64,000 bases of DNA from Heptranchias perlo (taxonomy: Eukaryota), in the NCBI RefSeq assembly GCF_035084215.1, contig NC_090340.1:5518001-5582000 (forward strand), read 5' to 3'. A model generated the notes under the pieces. That model was given only the letters and a program-made list of their open reading frames with translations, was not told the DNA's origin and searched no databases. This document shows positions 11,085 to 24,324 of this stretch, in pieces. The position numbers and the translations under genes were made by a program. The stretch's first letter is position 1; every line of letters starts with the position of its first letter.

Positions 11085-11410
11085 ATATCCTGGTCTCACA
11101 TCATTGCTGATCGGCATTGATTTCCAGTCCTCCATTATCTCAGCTTCAAAAACAAAATATCCTCGTAATCAAATCCCTTGATGGACTTGTCCCTCAATAT
11201 CTCCATGATCTCCTCCATCCCTATTTCTCTGTCCTCATGTGCAGATCCTCTGACTTTGCCCCACCATTCGTAGCCATGCCTTTCAGCCACCAGAAACAAC
11301 TCTGCATTTCACTCCTCACTAGCTCCGCCTCGCCCTTCTCTCCCATTAAGACCCTCTTTAAAGCCAATATCTTTGACCAAGCCTTTGATCGTTCCTCGTA
11401 ATAGAACCAT
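11085..11410 (+). mobile_element. L2 LINE 3' remnant
   Basis: Similar by eye to the L2 3' region at 28780-29150 (aaatcccttgatgg, gccttt/cagc, tctttgaccaagcctttg). Confidence 0.55.
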
Positions 11411-12174
11411 CTTCGGTGTTGATCTGGTTGAAAAAAGGGATATAATATGCATATTTCAATATGCACACGGTGGATAATAAACTGAGAATTAGAAGAAATT
11501 ATGTCACAGGACGACATATATATTTATGTCACTACCACAAGCATAGCTGCAAACCGGTCTGGAGTGGAAAAGAAGCATATTCAGTTATAACATTTGAGGA
11601 CAAACAGTATAAGTAAGAAAGATGGTGTAGTGGCTATACCGGCGGAGGATGGAATATATGATACAGAGAGCACTGATGTACACAGAAGTGAAGTATAATG
11701 TCAAGATGGTTAGAGATCAACGAGTAAACAGTGGAATATTATGTCAGTGTATTTCCACTAGAGACCCATAATGAAGGGAGAGAAACGGCAGAGGAATGTG
11801 GCAATTTTTAACTTTGCTGTCTGCGCAGTAACCTGGCGAAGTGGATCGTTTGCCCGTTGCAACATGTGTATTATTTACGCTGCTGGCTGTGATATTGAGA
11901 ATTACCCCGGAAATCTTTCAAGTCAGGGAGGTGACTAAGAATAACTACGTGATTGTTTCGGTGATTTGCTTTACCAGCTCAGATTAGAACCGGGAGGGAT
12001 TAAACGGAGAAAAATGAAAGGAATTCCGCAAAAACCCTTTCCGCATCTAGTCGTCAAGTATTTCTACAAAGGGAGAGACGTTACTAGATCGAGTGATGAG
12101 TGACAAAGTAGATTAGGGACCTGCGTTAAATTTTGGTGACCACCCCAGGGGTAGTATCCATGAAGCTGTTTGCT

Positions 12175-12535
12175 TCTTCGGCACTGTATCCTCTATTCAC
12201 AGGATGTGCTGCAGCAACTCGCCAAGGGTTCTCTCGCAGCATCTCCGAAACCCGTGACCCGCACAACCAAGAAGGGCAAGGGACGAAAGTGTACGGGAAC
12301 ACAATCATCTCCAACTTCCCCTCCAATTCACTCAACATTCCGATTTGGAACGTTCCTTTATCATTGCTCGTCCAAAATCCAGGAACTCCCCATCTAACGG
12401 CAATGCAGGGGCAGCTTCGGCACACGGACTGCAGCGGTTCAAGAACGCTCACCAGCAACTCTTCAAAGGCAACTAAGACTGGGCAATAAATTTCGGTATT
12501 GGCAGCGAGGCCTACATCTCAGGAATCAATGAAAA
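12175..12535 (+). mobile_element. Family B LINE 3' fragment
   Basis: cacaggatg..ctgcagcaactcgccaagg ... cggactgcagcggttcaag ... gggcaataaa matches the family B 3' end. Confidence 0.75.
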
Positions 12536-12731
12536 ATTATCAGGTTAAAGGTACAAATAGAAATGTAGAAAAAGGTTGTCGAAAAATATGGACACCAGAT
12601 TAAAAGAGTCAGATTTTAGAAAGATGAGGAGTGAACTAACTGAAGTGAACAGGAAAGAAACATTTACACAAAGGATTATCGATCAATAATGGGATATTTT
12701 GCCAAGGAGATTACACAGGTCTTTAAGTGTA

Positions 12732-15700
12732 ATGGACGGGCCGCTGAGACACATTGTCTGTACTTCCTGCACTAAGTGGGAACTTCAGGACGCTTCTTGT
12801 GTCCAGAAGGGCCACATGTGCAGGAAATGCTTCCAGCTGCTCAAGCTCATGCTGGGTGTTTCTGAGCTTGAGGGGCAGCTGGAGTCACTGCAGAGCATAA
12901 GGAGGCTGAAGATTTCCTGGATCGTATGTTCCAGGAGTGCTCAAGCAGAAGCCACAGAGAGTTCAGGATAGCAAGTGGGTGGCCATGCGAAAGGGCAGGA
13001 AGAGGTATGCAGTGCAGGAATCTTCTGGGTGTGTGCCACTTTCAAACCGGTTATCATCATTGAAAACCAGTGAGTGTGATGACACCTCGAAGGAGTGCAG
13101 TCCTGAGTGTGGCACCATGGGGCAAAGGTCTGCACGAGGGGCAGAGTGAAGTGTAGAAATGCAGTAGTCATAGGGGATTCGATAGTCAGGGGGACAGACA
13201 GGCGTTTCTGTGACCATCAACGTAAGTCCAGCATGGTGTGTTGCCTCCATCGTACTAGGGTAAAGGACATCGCGGAGAGAGTGCAGAACAGTCTGTGGAG
13301 GGAAGAGGAACAACCAGAAGTCGTGGTCCATGTGGGTACCAACGACATGATAAAGAAAAAGGATGAGGTCCTGTGATTAGAGTTTCAGGAACTAAGGTGG
13401 AGTTTAAAAAGCAGAACCTCAAACATAGCAATCTATGTATTACTCCCAGTGCCACACGCTAGTGAGTACAGAAATAGAAATGTTAGGCAGGTTCATGTGA
13501 GGCAAGAGACATGGTGCAAGGGGGAAGGCTTCAGACTCTTGGAGCATTGACACCTGTTCGGGAGCAAGTGGGACCTGCTCAAGACGGACGGATTGCACCT
13601 CAATAGAACTGGGACGCATGTATTCGCGGGGACGATCACTCGTGCCGTAGCGGGGAACTTAAACTAATTTGGCAGGGGGATGGGCACCAGGATGTAGCAT
13701 CAGAAAGGAGAAACAAGGTGCACAAAGGATTGGGAGTGACAAATAGGACAAGTGGAAGAAACGGTACACTATTAGGTGGGGTTAGATTAAGATAGAATAC
13801 GACAAGGTCTAAGATGGCTTTAGAGTGCATGTCTGTAAACGCACGAAGCGTGGTAAATAATGTTGGTGAGCTGCAGGCGCAAATAGCCACATGGGAATAT
13901 GATGCAGTGGCGATAACGGAGACCTAGCTCATAAAAGGGTAGAATTGGGTATTGAATATTCTTGGATACAAGGCGTTCAGGAAAGATACGGAAGGAAAAA
14001 AGGATGTGTTGGGTGGCATTGTTGATTAAGGAGAATATTACAGCGCTGAAGAGAGAGATGGTGCTTGACAGGTCATGGACAGAATTTATTTGGTTAGAGT
14101 TAAGAAACAATAGAGCTGTCATGACACTACTGGCTGTATTCTATAGGCCACCAATTAGTGGGAAGGATATGGAGGAGTAAATTTTCAAGGAAATTAAAGA
14201 AAAGTGCAAGAACTATAGAATAGTAATCATCGGCGACTTCAAATATTCTAATATAGAATGGGATTGTAATAAAGTAAAGGGTAAAGAGGGAGAGGAATTT
14301 CTGAAGTGTGTTCATGAGAACTTCCTTGATCAGTATGTTTCGGGACCAATGAGGAAGGAGGCATTGTTGAATCGGTTCTGGGGAATGAGGTGAGTCAAAT
14401 GGAGCAAGTGTCAGTGGGGAACATTTAGGGAAGAGTATTGGTAGTATCATAAGATTTAGAATAGTTATGGAAAAGGACAAGGAGCGATGTAGAGTAAAAA
14501 TACTTGATTGTAAACAGTAAATGGATAGTAAGAGTAGGGGTGGGCTCAATTAGGGACCAAAAAGGATATCTAGGCATGGAGGCCGAGGGCATAGTTGAGA
14601 ACGGTTTTGGCCTGGATAAATCGGAATCAAAGTTTGGCAGGCAAAACAGTAATCGAACAATGGGCAGCCTGTAAAGATGAGTTGGTTAGGGTTCAGTCTA
14701 GGTACATTCTCAAGAGAGGGAAAGGTAAAGTAGCCAAAACCAGAGCTCCCTGGATAACAAAAGAGATAGAGAGTAAGATGCAGCAGAAAAATGAGGCCTA
14801 CGACAGATATTAGGTTGAAAATACAAATGAGAACCAGACTGAATACAGAAAGTACAGAGGAGAAATGAAAAAGGTAATAAGAGGGGCAAAGAGAGAGTAT
14901 GAGAATAGGCTGGTGGCCAACATAGAAAAGAATCCAAAAGACTGCTATGGGCATGTAAACAGTAAACGGAAAGTAAGAGCAGGGGAGGGCCCAATTAGGG
15001 ACCAAAACGGATATCTAGGCATGGAGGCCGAGGGCATAGCTGAGGTACTAAATGAGTACTTTATATCTTTCTTTACCAAGGAAGAAGATGCTGCCAAAGT
15101 CACAGTAAAAGAGGAGATGGTTGAGATACTGGACGAGCTAAATTTTGATAAAAAGGAGGGACTAGAAAGGCTGGCTGTGCTTAAAATAGATAAGTCACCC
15201 GGTCCGGATGGGATGCATCCTTGTTTGCTGAGGGAAGTAAGGGTGGAAATTGCAGAGGTGATGGCTATAATCTTCCGATCCTCCTTAGATACGGGGGGTG
15301 GTGCTAAAGGACTGGAAAATTGCAAATGTAACATCCCTTGTTCAAAAAAGGGTAAAAGATAAATCCGGCAACTACAGGCCAGTCAGCTTAATCCCGGTGA
15401 TGGGGAAGCTTTTACAAACGATAATCTGGGACAAAATTAATATTCACATGAACAAGTGTAGATTAATAAAGGAAAGCAAGCAGGGGTTTGTAAAAGGCAA
15501 ATCGTGTTTAACTATCAAGATTGAGTTTTTTGCCGAGGTAACAGAGAGGGTTGATGAGGGCAATGCAGTTGAAGTTGTGTAAATGGACTTTGAAAAGGTG
15601 TTTGATAAAGTGCCACATAATAGGCATGTTAGCAAAATTGAAGCCCATGGAATTAAAGAGGCAGTTGCAGCAAGGGTACGAAATTGGCTAAGTAATAGGA

Positions 15701-16740
15701 AACACAGAGTAGCGGTGAATGGTTTTTTTTTAGATTGGCGAAAGAATACAGTGGTGTTCCCCAGAGGTCTGTAGTAGGATCGCTGCTTTTTTATATATAT
15801 GTTTAGGACGCAGACTTGGGCGTACAGGGCACAATTTCAAAACTGGCAGATGACACAAAACTTGGAAGTGTGGTAAACGGTGAGGAGGATAATAATAGAC
15901 TTCAATAGGATATAGGCAAGCTGGTGGAATTGGAGGACACGTGGCGGATGAAATTTAATGCAGAGAATTTCGAAGTGATACATTTTGGCAGGAAGTACGA
16001 AGAAAGGCAATATAAACTGAATGGTACAATTCTAAAGGGGGTGCAGGAACGAAGGGAACTGAGATTATGAATACAGAAATCTTTGAAAGTGGCTTGACAG
16101 GTTGAGAAAGCAGTTAAAAAAAGCATACGGGATCCTGGGATTTATAAATAGAGGCATAGAGTGCAAAAGCAAGGAAGATATGTTAAATCCTTGCAAACCA
16201 TGGGTTCGGCATTAACTGGAGTATTGTGTCCAATTCTGCGCACTGCACTTTAGGGAGGATTTGAAGGCCTTGAAGATGGTGCAGAATAGATTTGCGAGAA
16301 TGGTTCCAGAGATGAGGGACTTCAGTTACATTGATATACTGGAGAAGCTGGAGTTGCTCTTCTTAGAGCAGAGAAGGACGAGAGGAGATTGATAGAAGTG
16401 ACGGCTTCAGATGAAGTAAATAAAGAGAAACTGTTCCCATTGGTGGAAGGGTCGAAAGTCAGAGGGCACAGATTTAATGTGATTGGCAAAATAACTAAAG
16501 GCGACGTGAGGGAAATCTTTTTAATCAGTGACTGGTTATGATCTGGAATGAATTTCCTGAAAGGACAATGGTAGCTGATTCAATCGTGGCTTTCAAAAAG
16601 GAATTGAATAAATATTTGAAGGGAAAACATGATAGGACAACGGGGAAAGAGCGGCGGAATGGGACTAACTGGATTGCTCTTACAAAGAGCCAGCACGGGC
16701 TCAATGGCCGCCTTCTGTCCTCAACGATTCTATGATTCTA
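12732..16740 (+). mobile_element. Near full-length degenerate CR1 (family A-related)
   Basis: ORF1 remnants (CTSC..CRKC, VIGDSIVR, VHVGTND), junction at 13658-13684, EN and RT fragments with many stops, attctatgattcta tail. Confidence 0.9.
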
Positions 16741-17939
16741 GGTGGAGAATGAACATATCCCTCCAAAAGGCAGACTGCATCATTCCTCAGGACGCCATTG
16801 ACAATTAAAGAGATTAGAAACAAATCAAAAACGAAAAAAAGAGAGCATAGGAAGCTTCCAGACACGATAAGCTTAAAGAAAATGAGAAAAGATTCGAGAA
16901 AATAAGGAAAGGGGTTAGGAAATGGATAAGGAAAACAAGAGAGAAAATCAGCAAGAAATCTCAAAATGTGTGGAAGTAACAGTTGACTGCAATAGATCAG
17001 TAAATTGCAACTATATCAGTAAAAAGGTAATTGCTGCAGAAGAAGCGGGGCCTCTGAAAGGAGAGGACAGCGGGCTGGTTGTGGCTAAACAGTAATTGGT
17101 GTAGATACGTAAAAATGACTTCACATCAGCGTTTACAATAGAGAAGGATATGGAGATCATGCAAATCCTTGCTTGAGAGTAATTATAAATAAAAGGTCTG
17201 TTTAACTTCGTGAAGGTGTTGGATGGGGTCCATTCATATAAACTGTTTATATTCTATGAGGGTTCTAGATCTCGGGATCGTATATGTAGAATTAAATGTT
17301 AGAGATTTAGGACAGACAAGAGCAGAAACATCTTGATACAGAAGGTTGTGAAGCTGTAGAACGCTGTGCCAGAGTTACTGATTGAAGCCGATACCACGAT
17401 AACTTTTAAGAATTGGCTGAGAAGTGGTTCAAGGAGAACAGGACGAAGAGATTCTGGAACTAGGCAAGCGCATAGAATAATAAACATTCAAGTGAATGAT
17501 AAACAGCAACGTGGAATACTTCGGCCAAACAGCTGTTTTCTGCGCTGCAATTTCTATGTAATTCCATGACAGCAGATGAAGATTCACCCCGTTGATTTTA
17601 ACTTCGGACTCTCTCCTATTGTTTCATTTCTATTCTCCGTTCACTGCCAAGACATATCTATCCTAATCTTTGCCATGCCTATGTAATATGAATTTCCTTT
17701 CGCGTGCGCATTTTGGCTGGCGTTCCAGACCTGCGCCCACAACTTCGACCACCACCGCCCCTTCGCCACCGCTATGTGTCTTCTCTTCTTTTTACCGCTC
17801 TTAGGTCCTTGTCTCCTGTCGCCAAGCCTCCTTTGAGTTCTTCCCTCTCGAGTACTCTGCCCCGCTAATCCCCACCTCAACTCTTCACTACTCTTCAACA
17901 TTCCTACTCTCCTGCAGCTGTCCGAGGCTTGACTCCCGC

Positions 17940-19252
17940 TTGAGACAATAATCCGGAATAAAATTAATTGGTACTTGGAAACATATAAGCTAATAAATGA
18001 AAGCCAGCACGGATTTGTTAAAGACAAATCGTGTTTGACTAACATGAGTTAAATATTTGATGAAGTAAAGGAGAGGGTTGATGAGGGTAGTTTGGGTGAT
18101 GTTTTGAACACGGCTTTCCAAAAGGCATTTGATAAAATACTACATAATAAACTTGTTAGTAACATTGAAGCCATGGGAATAAAGGGATATTGGCTGCATG
18201 GATACAAAATTGGCTACGGGACAGACAGTAGAGAATAGCGGTGAACAGACGTTTTTCAGACTGGAGGGAAGTACATGGTGGTGTACCCTTGCTCTTTTTG
18301 ATATCTATTAAGACATGGACTTGAGTATAGAGGGTATAATTTCAAAGTTTGTAGATGAAACGAAACTCGGAAATGTAGTTAACAGTGAGGAGGATAGTAA
18401 CATAAATAGACAGACTGGTGAAATGGTTTGACACATAACAGATGAAATTTAACGCAGGAAAGTGTGAAGTGGTTCGTTTTGGATCGAACAATAAAGACAG
18501 GCAATATAAACTGAAGAGGACAAATTTAAAGTGGGTGCAAGAAGAGAAAGACGTGGGGGTGTACGTGCACAAATCTTTGAAGCAAGATGCTAAAAAGGCA
18601 TTCTGGATCGTTGGCTTTATAAATAGATGCATGGAGTACAAAAGCAAGGAAGATATGCTAAACCTTTATAAAACACTGATTAGAACTCAGCTGGAGTATT
18701 GTTGCCAATCCTGGGCCCCACACTTTAGGAAGGATGTCAAGGCCTTGTATAGGGTGCAGAGGATATTGACTAGAATGATACCAAGTATACGAGGCATCAG
18801 TTAAGTGGAGAGACTAGAGAATCTGGCATTGTTCTCCTTAGAGCCGAGACGGTTAAGGGGAGATTTAATAGAGATGTTCAAAATCATGAACAGTTTGGAT
18901 AGAGTAAATAAATAGAAACTTTCTTCAGTGGCAGAAGGTTTAATTACCAGAAGAAACAGGTTTACGGCAATTTGCAAAGGAACCAGAGGTGACATGGGGG
19001 AAAAGAACACTTATGTAGTGAATTGCTATGGTCTGGAATGTACTGCCTGAAAGGGTGGTGGAAGAAGATTCAATAGTACCGTTCAAAAGGGAATTGATTA
19101 AATACTTGAATGCGAAAAATTTGCATGGCTATTGGGAAAGGGCAGGGGAGTGTGACTATTTGGATAGGGCTTTCAAAGAGCCAGCACAGACAGGATGGGT
19201 GGAATAGCCTCCTGTTGTGCTGTATCATTCTTTGAATTTATGATTCTATGAT
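17940..19252 (+). mobile_element. 5'-truncated CR1
   Basis: MKFNAGKCEVVRFG...LEYCCQSWAPHFRKD and an (attctatg)-like tail. Confidence 0.88.
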
Positions 19253-21778
19253 AAACCTACAGCTTCCCTGTGAGCCTCATTCGGCATACTCCAAAAGGGC
19301 CAAAGAGGCATTCGTTGCTGCCTCCTTAGGAACACCAATGCCAACTGTCCCTTCCTACTTTCTCATCGACCTTCCCGCCCAGTATGTCAGCTTGGGGCTA
19401 ATTTTGCCAAACTCCTTCCTGTCCCATTCATCCCTCCCAGCGCTGACCCTGTTGACTCTGCCAGTAGATTAACAATCACTGCCCCTTGTCCGCATCACCC
19501 TCCATAATGTCAGCTCACTTTTGAGAAAAGGCCTTGCTTTGATGGATGACCTTATTGTGGAAAATTGCATTGACATCCTTCAGGCAGTGCATTCCAGATT
19601 GGAAACATGGCTCACGGGGGATAATACGTTCCCGCTTATAGAAGCCTCCCCTCCTGGTTATACCAATCCACTACCTGCCCCGCCCAAACCAACTTGGTTT
19701 TGCATTGAGGCCACCGAGTTTGGCCCGAATGCAAAATCTTAACTTGATCTGCCCATCTACTCCTCTGGTATCTTCTCCTCCTTTGAGAACCTCATCTTGT
19801 TCCAACTTTCTCGCCTGCATTTTAAAATCCTCGTTCTCTGTGGCCTTCCCAAGTACCAAGCCAAGTTTCTCACCGAAATATCCTCACTGCTTTCCATCTT
19901 TAGCATCTGCACCAAGCGACTGCTTATCCTCGGTCACTTTAGCCTCCATCTCAACTCATCAAGCCATTTCTCCTCTGAGTTTACTGCCCTCCTGCTTTCC
20001 CCTAATCTGTCCCTCCATATAAACTCGCCTACCCATATTAACGGTCACCACCTGGATCTTGCCAGCTCACCTGGCCTCTCGAATCCGATTGTTACAATCA
20101 CAGATAAGGCCACCTTTGATCACCTTCTGTTATCCCTCTCCATTCTCATCCCCATTCCTCCTTCCAATCCCAACTCCCACTATATTTCTGCGGTTACCGA
20201 CCTGCTCAATCACACATAGTATCATCGTGTTATAGACTGTACAGCACAGGAGGTGGCCATTTGACACTTCGAGTCTGTGCCGGCTCCTTGAAAGACATAT
20301 CCATTTAGTCCCATTCCCCTACTCTTTCCCCGTAGCATTGTAATTGTTTTCCTTCAATTATTCATCCAATTCCCGATCGAAAGTTTCTATTGCATTGGCT
20401 TCCACCACACATTCAGCCAATGCATTCTCGATCGTTACAGCTCAGAAAAATGTTTCCTTATGTCACCTCTGGCTCTTTTGCTGATCACCCTAAATCTGTG
20501 TCCTTTGGTTATCGACCTTTTGCCGCTGGAAGCAGTTTTTTTCTTTTTTACCCAATCATAACCGTTCTTGATTTTGAATACATCTATCAAATCTCCACTT
20601 ACCTTCTCTGCTCTAAGAAGTAAAACACCAGCTTCTCCAGTATCTCTGCATAACTGAAGTCCCTCATCCCTGGTATCATACTAGTAAAACTCTTCTGCAC
20701 CCTCTCTAAGGCATTGACATCCTTCTTAAAGTGTGGTGCCAAGAATTGAACGCAATACTCCAGCTCAGGCTTAACTAGTGTTTTATAAAGGTTTAGCATA
20801 ACTTCCTTGCTTTTGTACCTTATGCCTCTATTAAGAAAGCCCAGGGTCCCATATTTTTTTGAACAGCCTTCTCAACTTATCCTTCCACCTTCAAAGGTTT
20901 GTGTATATGCATCCCCTGTTTGTGCACAGCATTTAACATTGTCCTTTAATTTCATATTGCCTCTACTCATTCTTCCTACTAAAATGTATCACTTTACACT
21001 TCTCCGTGTTAAATTTAATCTGCCACCAGCCTGCCCATTTCACCAGTTTACCTATGTCCTCCTGATGTCCGTTACTATCCTCCACGTTGTTTATTCCATT
21101 TTCGGTTTGGTGTCATCTGCAACCTTTGAAAATATACCATCTATACACAAGTCCAGGTCATTAATATATATCAAAAAGAGTAGTGGTCCAAACACTGACC
21201 GCTGGGGAGTAACAATGTATACTCCCATCCAGTCTGAAAAACAACCGTTCAACACTACTCTCTGCTCTCTGAACCTGAGCCAATTTTGTATCCCCGCTGC
21301 CACAGTCCCGATAATCCCATGTGCTTTGATTTTGCTAACAAGTCTATTATGAGGAATTTTGTCAAATGCCTTTTCAAGGTACATATACACTCATCAATCA
21401 CACTGCGTTCATCAACAGTTTCTGTGAATTCATCAAACAACTCAATCAAGTTATTCATACACAATTTCCTTTAACAAATCAGTTCTGACTTTCATTTATT
21501 AGCCGATATTTTTCCAAGTGCCAATTAATTTTGTCCCGGATTATTGGCATTAAACGTTTACCCACGACCGACGTTAGGCTGACAGGCCGATAACTGACCT
21601 GTTTATCCCCCTCCCTTTTCTTGAACGGGTATGACATTTGCAATCCGCAAGTCCTCTGCTATCGTCCCCATATATAAGAAAGATTGGAAAATTGTGGCCA
21701 AAGCCTCCGCAATTTCCAATCTTAATTACGTCAGTAAGCTAAGATGCATCCCATCTCCACCAGGTGACTTTTCTACAT

Positions 21779-24324
21779 TTTTTATTAGTTCATGAGATGT
21801 GGGCGTCGCTGGCGTGGCCAGCATTTATTGCCCATCCCTACTTGCCCTTGAGAAGGTGGTGGTGAGCCGCCTTCTTGAACCGCTGCAGTCCGTGTGGTGA
21901 CGATTCTCCCACTGTGCTAGTAGGAAGGGAGTTCGACGATTTTGACCCAGAGACGATGAAGGAACGGCGATATATTTCCAAGTCGGGATGGTGTGTAACT
22001 TGGAGGGGAACGTGCAGGTGGTTTGTTCCCAGGTGCCTGCTGCTCTTGTCCTTCTAGATGGCAGAGGTCGCGGGTTTGGGAGGTGTTGTCGAAGAAGCCT
22101 TGGCGAGTTGCTGCAGTGCATCCTATGGATGGTACACACTGCAGCCACTGTACGCCGCTGGTGAAGGGAGTGAACGTTTAGGGTGGTGGATGGGGTGCCA
22201 ATCAAGCGGGCTGCTTTATCTTGGATGTTGTCGAGCTTCTTGAGTGTTGTTGGAGCTGCACTCATCCAAGCAAGTGGAGAGTATTCCATCACACTCCTGA
22301 CTTTTGCCTTGTAGATGGTGGAAAGGCTCTGGGGAGTCAGGAGGTGAGTCACTCGCCGCAGAATACCCAGCCTCTGACCTGCTATCGTAGCCACAGTATT
22401 TATATGGCTGGTCCAGTTAAGTTTTTGGTCAATGGTGACCCCCAGGATGTTGATTGTGGGGGATTTGGCGATGGTAATGCCGTTGAATGTCAAGGGGATG
22501 TAGTTAGACTCTCTCTTGTTGGAGATGGTCATTGGCTGGCACATATCTGGCGCAAATGTTACTTGCCACTTATGAGCCCAAGCCTGGATGTTGTCCAGGT
22601 CTTGCTGCATGCGGGCTCGGACTGCTTCATTATTTGAGGGGTTGCGAACGGAACTGAACACTGTGCAATCATCAGCAATCATCCCCATTTCTGGCCTTAT
22701 GATGGAGGGAAGGTCATTGATGAAGCAGCTGAAGATGGTTGGGCCTAGGACACTGCACTGAGGAACTCCTGCAGCAATGCCCAGGGGCTGAGATGATTGG
22801 CCTCCAACAACCACTACCATCTTCCTTTGTGCTAGGTATGACTCCAGCCACTGGAGAGTTTTGCCCCTAATTCCCATTGACTTCAATTTTTCTAGGGCTC
22901 CTTGGTGTCACACTCGGTCAAATGTTGCATTGATGTCAAGGGCAGTCACTCTCACCTCAACTCTGGAATTCAGCTCTTTTGTCCATGTTTGGACCAAGGC
23001 TGTAATGAGGTCTCGACCCGAGTGATCCTGGTGGAACCCAAACTGAGCATCAGTGAGCAGGTTATTGGTGAGTAAGTGCCGCTTGATAGCACTGTCGACG
23101 ACACCTTCCATCACTTTGCTGATGATTGAGAGTAGACTGACTGGGCGGTAATTGGCCGGAATGGATTTGTCCTGCTTTTTGTGGACAGGACATACCTGAG
23201 CAATTTTCCACATTGTCCGGAAGATGCCAGTGTTGTAGCTGTACTGGAACAGCTTGGCTAGAGGAGCAGCTAGTTCTGGACCACAAGTCTTCAGCACTAC
23301 AGCTGGGATGTTGTCGGGGACCATAGCCTTTGCTGTATCCAGTGCACTCAGCCGTTTCTTGATATCACGTGGAGTGAATCGAATTGGCTGAAGACTGGCT
23401 TCTGTGATGGTGGGGATTTCGGGAGGAGGCCGAGATGGATCATCCACTCGGCACTTCTGGCTGAAGATGGTCGCAAACGCTTCAGCCTTGTCTTTTGCAC
23501 TCACGTGCTGCACTCCGCCATCATTGAGGATGGGGATGTTTGCAGAGCCTCCTCCTCCTGTTATTTGTTTAATTTCCACCACCATTCGTGACTGGATGTG
23601 GCAGGACTGCAGAGTTTTGATCTGATCCTTTGGTTGTGGAATCGCTTCCCTCTGTCCATAGCATGTTGCTTCCGCTGTTTAGCATGCATGTAGTCCTGGG
23701 TTGTAGCTTCACCAGGTTGGCACCTCATTTTTCGGTATGCCTGGTGCTGCTCCTGGCATGCTCTTCTACATTTCTTATTATTCCAGGGTTGATTCCCTGG
23801 CTTGTTGGTAATGGTAGAGTGAGGAATATGCCGGGCCATGAGGTTACAGATTGTGCTGGAATACAATTCTGCTCCTGCTGATGGCCCACAGTGCCTCATG
23901 GATACCCAGTTTTGAGCTGCAAGATCTGTTCTGAATCTATCCCATTTAGCACGGTGGTAGTGCCACTCAACACGTTGGATGGTGTCCTCAGGTAGATTGG
24001 TGAGGACGAGGTCAAGTAAGTTTTTCCCTCGTGTTGGTTCACTCACCACCTGTCGCAGGCCCAGTCTGGCAGCTATGTCCTTCAGGACTCGGCCAGCTCG
24101 GTCAGTAGTGGTGCTACCGAGCCACTCTTGGTGATAGACATTGAAGTCCCCTACCCAGAGTACATTGTGTGCCCTTGCTACCCTCAGTGCTTCCTCCAAG
24201 TGGTGCTCAACATGGAGGAGGACTGATTCATCAGCTGAGTGAGGACGGTAAGTGGTAATCAGCAGGAGGTTTCCTTGCCCATGTTTGACCTGATGCCATG
24301 AGATATCATGGGGTCCAGGGTCAA
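21779..24324 (-). mobile_element. Family B LINE, 5'-truncated, relatively well preserved
   Basis: ORFs 23561-24343, 22908-23585 and 21825-22886 give EN (WVGDFNV) and RT (ALDINATFDRV, GVPQCSVLGP, IADDCT), broken by a few lesions. Confidence 0.92.
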
